In this document: positions 10,702-21,840 of the stretch, piece by piece | Layout of the letters: each line of letters opens with the position of its first letter | How positions within the stretch are numbered: the stretch's first letter is position 1 | Assembly (NCBI GenBank): GCA_963733195.1 | Contig: CAVTCR010000001.1 | Coordinates: 1 to 64,000 of the forward strand | Reading direction: 5' to 3' | From: an uncultured delta proteobacterium | GTDB lineage: Bacteria; Desulfobacterota; Binatia; Bin18 | DNA length: 64,000 nucleotides | The notes under the pieces: generated by a model | The model's database searches: none | The model's input: the letters and a program-made list of their open reading frames with translations, nothing else | What the model was told of the DNA's origin: nothing | Translations under genes and position numbers: made by a program

Positions 10702-13700
10702 ATGCGCTGCCCGAGTTGCGAGTTTGACAGCCCTGAGGGGAAGAAATTTTGTGGCGAGTGTGGCGCGCCATTACCGCGACGGTGCTCCAGCTGTGGGGAA
10801 TCTAACCCTCCACAGTTCAAATTTTGTGGCGAGTGTGGCACACCTCTAGTTTCGAGTCCCGAGCCCCGTATTCCGCGTTCTCCTCGCCCTTCGGCGCCGG
10901 ACCCGAAGCCCCCCGTCGGTTATACACCACCGCACCTCGCAGAACGCATTCGCGCAGAGCAAGCGGCATTAGAAGCGCGTGGTGCGACTGATGGTGAGCG
11001 TAAGACGATCACGGCCTTGTTTGCCGATCTCAAAGGCTCCACGGCGTTCATTGAAGGCCTCGATCCCGAAGAAGCGCGGGCGATTATCGATCCGGCCCTG
11101 CAACTCATGATGGACGCCGTGCATCGCTATGAAGGCTATGTGGCGCAAGCGTTGGGGGACGGCATCTTTGCCCTGTTCGGCGCACCGATTGCCCATGAGG
11201 ATCATCCGCAACGCGCCCTCTATGCCGCCCTGCGCATGCAGGAGGAAATGGGACGCTATTCAGACACCCTGCGCCAGAAAGGATATCCTCCGCTGCTCAT
11301 GCGGGTCGGCGTGAACACCGGAGAGGTGGTGGTGCGCTCGATTCGTAAGGATGACCTGCATACTGACTACGTGCCGGTGGGCCACTCGACTAATCTCGCC
11401 GCGCGGATGGAACAATTGGCGGCTCCTGGCTCGATTCTCATCACCGCTTACACCCATCGTCTTACCGAGGGCTATTTTGCATTCAAAGACCTGGGCAAGA
11501 CACAGATCAAAGGGGTGGAAGAGCCGCTGAACATCTATGAAGTCCTGGGGGTTGGCCCACTGCGTACACGGTTACAAGTCGCGGCGGGGCGGGGATTGAC
11601 CCGCTTTGTCGGACGGCAGAGGGAAATGGAGCAGATGCAGCAAGCGCTGGCACAAACCCAAACCGGGCACGGGCAAATTGTCGGAGTGATGGGCGAGCCG
11701 GGCTTAGGCAAGTCGCGCTTGTTCTACGAGTTCAAACTCTTCTGTCAAAGCGCTTGCCTGGTGATCGAGGCCTACTCGGTCTCGTATGGCAAGGCCTCGC
11801 CATATTTGCCGGTGATCGAGCTACTCAAGAGTTACTTTGACATCACTCTCCAGGATGAAGAGCGCAAACGGCGCGAGAAGGTGACCGGGAAAGTGTTGAG
11901 CTTGGATCGCAGCTTGGAAGAGGTCCTCCCGTATCTCTTTGCACTCCTAGGCATCAACGACCCCCAATCGAGTTTGCAACAGATGGACCCACAGATTCGG
12001 CGGCGGCGGACGTTCGAGGCACTCAAGAAGCTCTTCCTCAGAGAGAGTCTCAATCAACCGCTCATCCTCATCTTTGAGGATCTGCATTGGATCGATAGTG
12101 AGACGCAAGGGTTTCTCGACATGCTGAGTGAGAGTGTGGCCTCGGCGAAAATCCTGCTGCTGGTGAACTACCGTCCGGAGTATCGCCATGAGTGGGGACA
12201 GAAGACGTATTACACCCAGCTCCGCTTGTCACCGTTTGGCAAAGCCGAAGCCGAAGAATTTCTTGATGTGTTGTTGGGACGCCCGTAGGGGCAGGCCACG
12301 TGCCTGCCCCGCAGGCGCCCATACGGACGCCCCTACAGGACCTCAAACGCTATCTGGCGAAGACCGAAGGCACGCCGTTCTTCATGGAAGAGGTTGTCCA
12401 GGAGTTGGTTGAACAGGGCGTGCTTAGTGCGCGACGGCGTAGGGGCACGGCATGCTGTGCCCCTACCTCACAACTGCGCCTGCATATCCCGACCACCGTG
12501 CAAGGCGTGTTAGCCGCCCGCATCGACCGTCTCGCTCCCGAGGAGAAAACCCTGCTGCAGCAACTAGCGGTCATCGGCCGGGAGTTTCCCGCTGAGCCTG
12601 GTCCGCCAGGTGATCGCCCAGCCGGAAGACGAACTCTATCGCCTCCTCGCCTCGCTCCAGCGCAAAGAGTTTCTCTATGAGCAGCCGGCGTTTCCCGAGT
12701 CCGACTATATCTTCAAGCATGCCCTGACCCAGGAGGTGGCCTACGGCACGGTGCTGCAGGAGCGACGCAAAGCCTACATGAGCGCACGGCGCAGGCCATG
12801 GAAGCCCTCTACCGCGCCACCCTGGACGAGCACTACAGCGACCTGGCGCATCACTACACCCGCAGTGGCAAGACGGAGAAAGCTGTCGAGTACCTGCACC
12901 TAGCCGGGCAACAGGCGGTGCAACGCTCGGCCAATGTGGAAGCGATCACGCATCTGACGACCGCCTTAGAGCTGCTCAACACGTTGCCCGACACCCGCGA
13001 GCGCGCCCAACAAGAACTCACGCTGCACCTCACGTCTGGGCGTGCCGTTACAGGCCACCAGAGGTTTTTCCTCGCCGGAAGTGAGAGCGACCTATACCCG
13101 CGCCCGGGAGCTGTGCCAGCAGGTCGGGGAGACCCGCCAGCTCTTCCCGGTCCTCTTTGGGCTGCGGACGTTTCATCATGTGCGGGGCGAGTTTCTCACG
13201 GCGCGCGAGCTGGGGGAGCAACTCCTGGGCCTGGCCCAGCGGGAGCACGACCCGGCCTTGCTCATGGAGGCATATCGGGCGCTGGGCAGCACCTTATTCC
13301 ATCTGGGTGAGTTCGGCGCGGCCCAGGCGCACCTGGAGCAGGGCCTGACCCTGTATGACGCTCAGCGCCACCACTCCCATGTGTTCCTCTACGGCGGCAT
13401 AGAGCCGGGGGTCTTTGGCCTCTCCTATGCAGCCTTGGTCCTGTGGCATCTGGGCTATCCGGACCAGGCGCTCCAGAAGAGCGAGTGCAGCGCGTACCCT
13501 GGCCCAAGAGCTGTCTTATCCATATCAGCTTGGCCGGCGCCCGGGTTTTTGCTGCCCATGTTGCACCAGCTCCGCCGGGAAAGAGCACCTGACCCAAGAG
13601 TGGGCCGAGGCAGGCATCACCCTCGCGCGCGAGCAAGGATTTCCAGCAGTGGTTAGGGCAAGGGACTGTCCTGCAGGGCTGGGCGCTGGCCGAACAGGGA

Positions 13701-14261
13701 CAGAGTTGAAGAGGGGATTACCCAGATCCGCCAAGGCCTGGCCACCTGCCAAGCCGTAGGGGCAGGGATATTTCAATCCTATTATCTTGCCCTGCTGGCC
13801 GAGGCGTATGGGAAAGCGGGGCAGGCAGAGGAAGGGCTGGCCGCACTCGCTGAGGCGCTGGCGGTGGTGGACAAAAGCGGTGAGCGGTTTTACGAGGCGG
13901 AGCTGTATCGGCTAAGGGCGAGCTGACGTTGCAAAAGTTGTCAGTCGTCAGTGTCTCAGTTGTCAGTCCAAGCACCCAACCCCTAGTCACCTAGCACCCA
14001 AGCCGAAGCTGAAGCGTGCTTTCTCAAGGCAATAGAAATTTCCCAAGACAGCAAGCGAAATCGCTGGAACTGCGGGCGGTGATGAGCCTGTCCGCCTGCG
14101 ACAAACGTAAGTGGCTCTACGAATCACGCAACACGGAGCAGGAACGCAAGAAGCTCGACGAAGCTCACCAGATGTTATCCGAGATCTACAACTGGTTCAC
14201 CGAAGGCTTTGACACCAAGGACCTGCAAGAGGCGCAGACGTTGCTGGAAGAGCTGGCGTGA
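10702..14261 (+). CDS. Double zinc ribbon-class III cyclase-STAND ATPase-TPR protein, copy 4 (frameshifts in 3' half)
   Basis: CPSC..FCGECG..CSSCG..FCGECG, then an unbroken cyclase and Walker A/B in ORF 10702..12288; TPR fragments; WFTEGFDTKDLQEAQTLLEELA. Confidence 0.9.
12285..12336. repeat. GTAG-type REP-like palindrome inside copy 4
   Basis: GTAGGGGCAGGC-CACGT-GCCTGCCCC ... GCCCCTAC. Confidence 0.7.
12439..12466. repeat. GTAG-type REP-like palindrome inside copy 4
   Basis: GTAGGGGCACGGCATGCTGTGCCCCTAC hairpin. Confidence 0.75.
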
Positions 14262-14271
14262 AGAGAGGGTT

Positions 14272-14595
14272 ATGAGTCCACAAGATTCTGCGCTTTTCCC
14301 GGTCTTAACGCCTTTAGGATTCTCTATCCGGACGACCCCGGATTATTGGGCGCTGATCGAAGCGAAACATCCCAAGCTCCGTGGACGAATATCGGACGTG
14401 GTGCAGGTGCTACGCGTCCCTGAGGAGATTCGCCGCAGCCAACAGGATCCTACCGTATATTTGTTCTACCGTGCGGATCAGCGTCGCTACCTTTGCGCTG
14501 TTGTCAAACGTATCAACGGAGAGGGCTTTCTTATTACTGCCTATCCCTGCGATAAGATCAAAGAAGGAGATGTCATATGGCCCAAGTCAAAGTGA
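14272..14595 (+). CDS. Putative toxin, DUF4258/BECR-fold RNase-like
   Basis: 107 aa W..I..KHP...PEEIRRSQQDPTVYLFY...LCAVVKR.NGEGFLITAY, overlapping a DUF2283-like gene. Confidence 0.7.
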   Translation: MSPQDSALFPVLTPLGFSIRTTPDYWALIEAKHPKLRGRISDVVQVLRVPEEIRRSQQDPTVYLFYRADQRRYLCAVVKRINGEGFLITAYPCDKIKEGDVIWPKSK

Positions 14596-14792
14596 TCCAT
14601 GACCCCGTAGGCGAGACCCTCACGGTGTACTGGGACGATCCAGAACGTGAAGAAGTGTGTGAGGAGATTGGTGATGGTCTGATTTTGATCAAAGATGCGC
14701 AGGGAGAAGTCATTGGGTTTGAGCGGTTATATTTCAAGTCCAAGACCCCTGCTCATGAACTAGGAGTCGTGCTCCAAACGGCAAAGCCGTAG
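14577..14792 (+). CDS. DUF2283-like putative antitoxin
   Basis: VKVIHDPVGETLTVYW...EEIGDGLILIKDAQGEVIGFERL pattern. Confidence 0.75.
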   Translation: MAQVKVIHDPVGETLTVYWDDPEREEVCEEIGDGLILIKDAQGEVIGFERLYFKSKTPAHELGVVLQTAKP

Positions 14793-14881
14793 GAGACGAG
14801 CGCTGCCACCGCTGTCGGTGAGACTGGTCACAAATCGATGAACGAGGGAAAAGAGTTCTGAACCGACGGGGAGGAGTAGGA

Positions 14882-17800
14882 GTGAAATTTTCGGAGACCC
14901 TTGAACAAGCAAGTGACCTCCTTCAGAGAAAGGGACGCCTCTCTTATCGCGCCCTGAAGTTAGAGTTTGATCTCAGTGAGGAACAGCTGGAGGCGCTCAA
15001 GGAGGAATTGATCGATGTCCAAGAACTGGCAGTAGACAAAGATGGCAGGATGTTAGTATGGATCGGCAACGCTGAGGAGGATAAGGGAAAAAGGAGAACG
15101 GAGAAAGGGAGAAAAGAAGTATCGGAGAACGGGAAAACGAGAGAACCGGCGACTCCCACCCCACCTCCAGCGAGTTACACCCCCAGTCATTTAGCCGAAC
15201 GCATTCGTGCTGCGGTAATTACAGAGGATGAGCGCAAAACCATCACAGCGCTCTTTGCTGACTCAAAGGTTCGACGGCGCTGATCGAAGGACTCGACCCC
15301 GAAGAGGCTCGAGCGATTATTGATCCGGCCTTGCAGCTGATGATGGACGCCGTGCATCGCTATGAGGGCTACGTCGCGCAAGTGTTGGGCGATGGGATCT
15401 TTGCCCTGTTCGGGGCACCGATTGCCCACGAGGATCACCCCCAACGGGCGGTGTATGCCGCGTTACGCATGCAGGACGAGATGCGCCGCTACGGGGATCA
15501 GATCCGCCTCAAGCACGGCGTACCACTGGCAATGCGCGTCGGCATCAATACCGGTGAGGTTGTTGTGCGTTCGATTCGCAAAGAGGATTTACACACGGAT
15601 TATGTCCCGGTTGGCCATTCCACGAACTTGGCCGCGCGGATGGAACAAATGGCCACGCCGGGGTCGATTCTGATCACGGAGTATACGCGGAAATCAGTCG
15701 AAGGCTATTTCGAGTTGAAAGCCTTGGGCGCAGCAGAGATCAAAGGGGTCGAAGCGCCACTCAATGTGTATGAAGTACAAGGTGCAGGACTGCTGCGCAC
15801 ACGGTTGCAAGTATCAGCAACGCGGCGGGGACTGACCCGCTTTGTCGGGCGCCAGCGGGAAATGGAACAACTCCGCCGCGTGGACGCAAGCCAAAGTCGG
15901 TCACGGACAAATCGTGGGCGTGATGGGCGAGCCGGGCTGGGCAAGTCACGGCTGTTCTACGAGTTCAAATCACTGTCACAAGTTGGCTGTCTCATCCTGG
16001 AGGCCTACTCGGTCTCGCACGGCAAAGCGACGGCGTACCTGCCAGTGATTGAACTAGTGAAGAGTTACTTTCGCATCGAGCCGCAGGACGACGAGCGAAA
16101 ACGGCGGGAGAAAATCAGGGGAAGGTACTGACGCTGGACCGCAGCTTGGAAGACACGCTACCCTATCTGTTTGCCTTGCTCGGGATTGAAGAACAACCCT
16201 CACCCCTACAGCAAATGGACCCGCAGATTCGCCGGCGGACGCACGTTCGAGGCGCTCAAGAAGCTCTTCCTGCGGGAAAGTCTCAAGCAACCGCTGATGC
16301 TCATCTTTGAAGATTTGCATTGGATCGATAGTGAGACACAGGGCTTTCTCGACACGCTGAGTGAGGGCATAGCTTCAGCGAGGATTCTCCTCCTGGTGAA
16401 CTATCGTCCCGAATACCGCCATGAGTGGGGGCAGAAGACATATTACACCCAACTCCGGCTCGCCCCCTTTGGGAAGGAAGAGGCCGAGGAATTCCTCGAC
16501 GAACTGCTCGGGACGACCGGAGGGGCCCAGCATGCTGCGCCCCTACACACGCTCAAACAACTCATCCTCGGCAAGACCGAAGGCACGCCGTTCTTCATGG
16601 AAGAAGTCGTGCAAACCCTCGTGGAAGACGGCACGCTGACCGGGGATCGTGGACACTATGCACTGCAGTCGCAGCCAGTGACCACGTTACAACTGCCCAG
16701 GACGGTCCACGGCGTATTGGCGGCGCGCATTGATCGTCTTGCTCCCGACGAGAAAGCGTTGCTCCAACAGCTCTCGTTATTGGCCGTGAGTTTGCGCTGG
16801 GACTCATCCGCCAGGTTCTTCCGCAGTCCGAAGAGGAACTGTATCGGCTCTTGTCTGCGCTGCAGCGCAAGGAATTTCTCTACGAGCAGCCCGCGTTCCC
16901 AGAGGTCGAGTACCATTTCAAGCATGCGCTGACCCAGGAGGTGGCCTACGGGTCGGTACTCCAGGAGCGGCGTAAAGTCTTACACGAGCGGACCGCCCAA
17001 GCGATCGAGCAGCTCTCTCACGATCGGTTAGACGAGCACTACAGTGACTTGGCATATCACTACACACGCAGCGGCAATACGGAGAAGGCGATCGAATACC
17101 TCCAGCGTGCCGGGCAACAGTCGGTGCAGCGCTCGGCCAATGCCGAAGCAGTCAGTCACTTTACGACAGCGTTGGAACTGCTCAAAACTTTCCCCAACAC
17201 TGTGGCGCGTGCCCGCCAGGAGCTGACCTTGCAGACTACCCTAGGCACGGCTCTGAGTGCCACGCAAGGCTTCGGCGCCCCAGAAAGGGAACACGCCTTC
17301 CATCGGGCACGAGAACTCTGTCAACAGATTGGCGAGACTCCTCAGCTCTTCCCTGTCCTCTGGGGGTTCTGTCAGTCCCATATAACCCAAGGGAAGTTCC
17401 AGAGAGCGCGTGAGGAGGCAGAGCAGCTTCTGCATCTATCCCGGCGTGCACAGGACCCGGTGCTCCTCTTAGGAGCACACGAAGTGCTAGGAGAGACCTT
17501 GTTCTGGTCTGGAGAGTTGACCCTGGCCTTAGAGCACTTTGAGCAAGGCAGTGCCTTCTATGATCCCCGACAACACCGTGCCCTGGTCTCCCTCTATGGG
17601 ATAGACCTCGGGGTACTTTGCCAAGGCCTTGCGGCTTGGACCTTGTGGCTGCTGGGCTATCCGGACCGGGCACAGAAAAGGAGCCACGAGGCGCTCAGCA
17701 TGGTCCGGGAGCTGGCTCACCCTCATAGTTTAGTTATTGCTTTGTACTTTGCTTCCTTGTCCCACCAGTTGCGCCAGAGAGGCACAACTGACTCAAGAGC

Positions 17801-18403
17801 ATGCAGAGATGCAGCTGACGCTGACGAACGAGCACGGATTTCCAGAGTGGTCGGCGCAGGGCACTATCCTGCGGGGCTGGGCGTTAGCCGAGCAGGGACA
17901 AGGAGAGGAAGGCGTTGCGCAGATGCGCCAAGGCCTAGCTGCCTACCAGGCCACGGGATCAGAGCTGGCACGGGCGCAATATCTGGCCCTGCTGGCCGAG
18001 GCGTATGAGAGAATGGGGCAGCCAGAGGAGAGGCTCAGCACGCTGGCCGAGGCGTTGGCAGTGGTGGACAGAACTGGGGAGCGGTACTGGGAGGCAGAGC
18101 TGTATCGACTCAAGGGAGAACTCCTGCTGGCGCAGGAAGGCTACAGGCTACAGGCTGAAGGCTTAAGGGAGAAAACAGAAGAAGCGGGAAGAGTGCTTTT
18201 TACGAGCGATTGCCATTGCGCAAACGCAACAAGCCAAATCGTTGGAGCTACGCGCGGCCACCAGCCTCGCCCGTCTCTGGCAGCAGCAGGAGAAGAAAGA
18301 CGAAGCTCACAAACTGTTGTCTGATGTCTACCTCTGGTTCACCGAGGGCTTTGACACCAAAGACCTGCAAGAGGCAAAAGTGTTGTTAGAGGAATTACAC
18401 TGA
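14882..18403 (+). CDS. Class III nucleotide cyclase-STAND ATPase-TPR protein, copy 5 (frameshifts)
   Basis: MKFSETLEQASDLLQRKGRLSY N-domain, cyclase, ATPase and TPR fragments; ends ...LLEELH TGA at 18401-18403. Confidence 0.88.
16519..16546. repeat. REP-like palindrome in frame in copy 5
   Basis: GGAGGGGCCCAGCATGCTGCGCCCCTAC, similar to the 12439 element; reads GGAQHAAPL. Confidence 0.65.
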
Positions 18404-19018
18404 AGCAAAAACCGTCATTCACGAGCATCGCTGTCTGCTGCTATTTACACACCATCTGGGAAGATCTCCCACAATGTGGAGCTATGTAGTGACTACTAAT
18501 TTATTTCTGGCCCTTTCACGGGGTTGCCAACGGAACGCCCACGTCGCATGCTTCGGTTATCTCAAGGGTGGTGTTCTAGATATGGTGACGACGGTTCGCA
18601 AGCTATTGATTCTTTAGAACTTTAGAAGGCGCATATCCACATCTAGAACACCACCAGCGTTCCGGCTCCACTCCTCGCAGGGGAAGCCACCGAGTGACAC
18701 ACATCCGAGTATAGCGTCTGAGCAGCAACCCGTACCGCTCCCTGCTGCGCGTTTCATCCAGAGCTGTCACCAAGTATACGCCCTGCCCCAGGTATGGAAG
18801 TGGTGGAGCGCGAAAGATAGCACGACGTGGAGATACCAGAAGGTGAATATCATCATGGTGATAGCTCCCTTCCTGTCCGAGTGTTGAGCAGTGCATTGTC
18901 AGTCTCGCTCAGTGGCTGGTGCCCCGGACTGGTCTCTGCTTCGCTCTCGCTTGATTGCGCGGCGGAGAAGAGCAGGGCGTACGCAAGACTGAGGAGCACG
19001 AGCGGCAACAGCACATCA

Positions 19019-20814
19019 TCAACTATCATAGCGACCACTCCTTCTGCGGGCTTTCGCTCTGGTGCAACGTGTACTTCCCGCCTCTTGCCGCAAGAGAATG
19101 GCGCGCCGGTACTCGCGCCCGCGCTCGAAATGGAAGGCTAACTCCTCGGCAATCTCCGGGGTACACTCCCCAAACATCGTCGCGAAGTGCGCGCCGAGCT
19201 GTCGATGCCAGCGCACCTGTTGCGCCAGGCCGATACGGTGATACAGCACCTGCTGATAGAGGGCATGACGAAAATGATAGCGGACGGTGACCACCCCGTT
19301 CGGCCATTCCGCCAGAGCTCGGGCCTCAATAAACTGCTCCTGGGCGGCCAGCTCGTCATAGACCGCTTCTATCGCTTCCAGCGGGCGATTGACGACCGCC
19401 GCTACCTCACTCGCCGTAAAGGTTGGCCCGACCACGCTGGCCACGGCTAAGAGTTGCTGGACCTCACGGCTGTATCCTTCAATCTGCTTGAGCAGCAATT
19501 GGGAGACGTGGTCAGGGATCAGCTCCGCGAGCACGACAGGCTCCGCCCGCAGTTCCCACCCCCCGGTGGTCTCCACGAGCTTGTCTTGCTGGAGGAGATA
19601 GTCCACAAAATGAATCACAAATAGTGCGTTTCCCTCTGTCCGACGGTGAATGACCGGCCCTAAGACCTCCGCGACCGGACTGCCGGCCAGGCGGTGGCGT
19701 ACATAGGCCTCCACTTCGGCTTGGGTTAACAATTCGAGCGCCAGCTCCTGTGCCTGCCGGCGGCCATGCAACCCTTGCACCACGCCACGCAGGGGGCTCC
19801 CGCGCAGGATCGTCTCCGCGGGGCGGTAGGTACCAATCACCATGAGCCGGGTCGGCTCTCGTGCCTGCGCCAGATAGGCGAGGACGTTCAGGGTCGCGGC
19901 ATCACTCCACTGCAAGTCGTCGAAGAACAAGATCACGGGAGACTCGGTGGTCACCTCTTTCAGGGCGTGCGCGAGCTCCCGTACCATCCGTTGGGGACTG
20001 CTGCCGTGGACTTGACGTTGGAGCCTTTCCTGTTCGTCCGCGTCGATTACTCCCGAGAGCTGGAGGAGCCACAGCGGCGCGTAGCGGCGGAGGATGGCCA
20101 CGACCTGCTCGCTATCGGGGGCGCTGCATAACTGCTGCAGCGCTTGCAGCACGGGAAGATACGCCTCTCCTTCCCCAGCCTGTTCTACGCAGTTCCCGCG
20201 TCCGATGCGGACAGCTCCTCCTATCTTTGCGTGGGCGAGAAAACATTCTGCTAAGGTCGTCTTGCCGATGCCAGCCTCGCCCGAGACAAAAATGATCTGC
20301 TGCTCGCCCTGCTGCACGCGCGCATACCACTTCTGTAAATGTGCCAACTGGTATTCCCGCCCGACGAAAGGAGGGGTCAGTTGCCCACTGTCAATTGGTG
20401 GAGGCTGATGCTGGCCCCCTGAGACTTCGGACGAGGAACTGAAAACTGGGAACTGGGAACTGACGAGGTAGTGGCGAGAGAAGCGATGAACCGGTATCCC
20501 TGCGTGCCCAGCGTCTCGATAAACTGTGGCTGCTTGGCATTATCGCCTAAGGCGGAGCGAATTTCCCGTACACACACCTTGACTACGGTCGGCGACACAT
20601 AAATCCCCGGCCAGAGCTGGGTGAGCAGCTCCTTTTTTGTTACCCGTTGGCCCGGCCGCTCCACTAAATACCGGAGCAAGGCCAGGGACTGCCGGCGCAG
20701 GCCAATGGGGTGATCTCCTCGCCACAACTGTTTCGCCGCCTCTACGCGAAAGGGCCCAAGGGAGCGGGCGGATTCGGACATTTGCTGGGTCTTTGCGTTG
20801 GTTTCTGGCGTCAT
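19019..20814 (-). pseudogene. Winged-helix (OmpR/CadC-like)-STAND ATPase regulator, truncated before the TPR region
   Basis: GPFRV..LLRYLVERPGQRVTKKELL..VCVREIRSALGD..FIETLGTQGYRF, then GEAGIGKTT and FFDDLQWSD. Similarity to the 21841 paralogue ends just after LAFHFERGREY. Confidence 0.75.
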
Positions 20815-21119
20815 AGGGTTGTTCCTCAACACACGCTGAACTGCACTGGGACCGAACGTGCACGGGGTCTCGTGCCGTGCAGCGGTCAGGCAACAACGGT
20901 TTTCATGACAGGGACAGGAAACTGCAGAACGTTCATGAGACCAGCGGCAGCCAAGAGACCAGCCAGGATCCCGCAAAGTGGGGAGGCGCGTCGCAGGCCG
21001 TGCGCGGCAGCACAGACTCCGCATTCGTTGGTCTCCCCTCTCGACGGTGGCCAAGGGCAGCAAAGCTCGGCCTCACGCCGTCCCATCCCGGTTCGTCCTT
21101 TCTGGGAGGGGAGGAGCTG

Positions 21120-21455
21120 TTAGTAGCCCCACAGCGGGCGCGTCCCCAGCTGGGTATAGCTATCGATCCCCAGACCCGTGCCCCAGCGGAGACGCTGCAC
21201 CACGGGGCCCTCTTGCGCTGCGGCTTTGGACTGCTCCTGCCACTCGACACTGGGCGCTAGGCGCCGGTACGTAGGGAGCGCGAGGGACGAGGGGCGGGAC
21301 AAGACGCGCTGGAGGTCCTCCGCCGAGAGAAAGAGGACAGCTCGCTCCCGCTCGGCCGCGAAGGCAGAGGGGGAAGACACCAGGCCGCCAAGAACAGCTC
21401 CCACCAGGAGCATGATCTTCCATTTCCTGCGGCGGGTTTGATGCAACGTCAGCAT
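21120..21455 (-). CDS. Hypothetical secreted protein (probably frameshifted)
   Basis: AAGGAGA RBS; signal peptide-like N-terminus (RRRKWKIMLLVGAVLGGLVSSPSAFAA). Confidence 0.5.
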   Translation of the reverse strand: MLTLHQTRRRKWKIMLLVGAVLGGLVSSPSAFAAERERAVLFLSAEDLQRVLSRPSSLALPTYRRLAPSVEWQEQSKAAAQEGPVVQRLRWGTGLGIDSYTQLGTRPLWGY

Positions 21456-21776
21456 GATCGTTCTCCTTTACAGACAGTGTTCTATCTTGTGTTGGTTAGC
21501 GCTCATCATCGTTCTTCTGTAGCGTCGTCAGTACCTGCACGATGAACGCCGCCAGGTCCTCCAAGGACTGAAAATGCGTCGCCCGCATGGAGTACGACAT
21601 GTTCTACCCGGCCCACGAACTCTCCGTGTTACCTGTGCTTCCGTCGCCAGTTGCACGGCAAACGTCCGATTGCTCAGGAACCTCGGTTTGCTTGAGGATG
21701 GCTCATAGTCAGTTTGCTGCGCGATTGCTCTTGCATGCAAAAGAGCATATGAAAGCGATCGATTCAGGTATAGCCG

Positions 21777-21808
21777 CGGATCGTTAAGAGTTGCGTTCGG
21801 ATCGTTAA
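21777..21808. promoter_or_regulatory. 11-bp direct repeat with 21-bp period, candidate wHTH operator
   Basis: CGGATCGTTAA at 21777 and 21798, about 30 nt upstream of the wHTH-STAND start. Confidence 0.45.
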
Positions 21809-21840
21809 ATGTGGCCGGTGGAAGCCTCGATGACATCCCT

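Noticed and set aside
5579-14881. attC sites around the TA modules of the cyclase array
   Set aside because: Spacers are short and show no paired RYYYAAC/GTTRRRY hairpin. The TCCTAAC at about 5641 belongs to a heptamer tract.
2065-18403. Diversity-generating retroelement template/variable repeats
   Set aside because: Repeats are whole-gene paralogy, differences are not visibly adenine-specific, and no reverse transcriptase is present in the window.
18420-19038. Small ORFs between the array and the truncated regulator
   Set aside because: No recognisable motifs; mutually overlapping; cannot be supported as genes.
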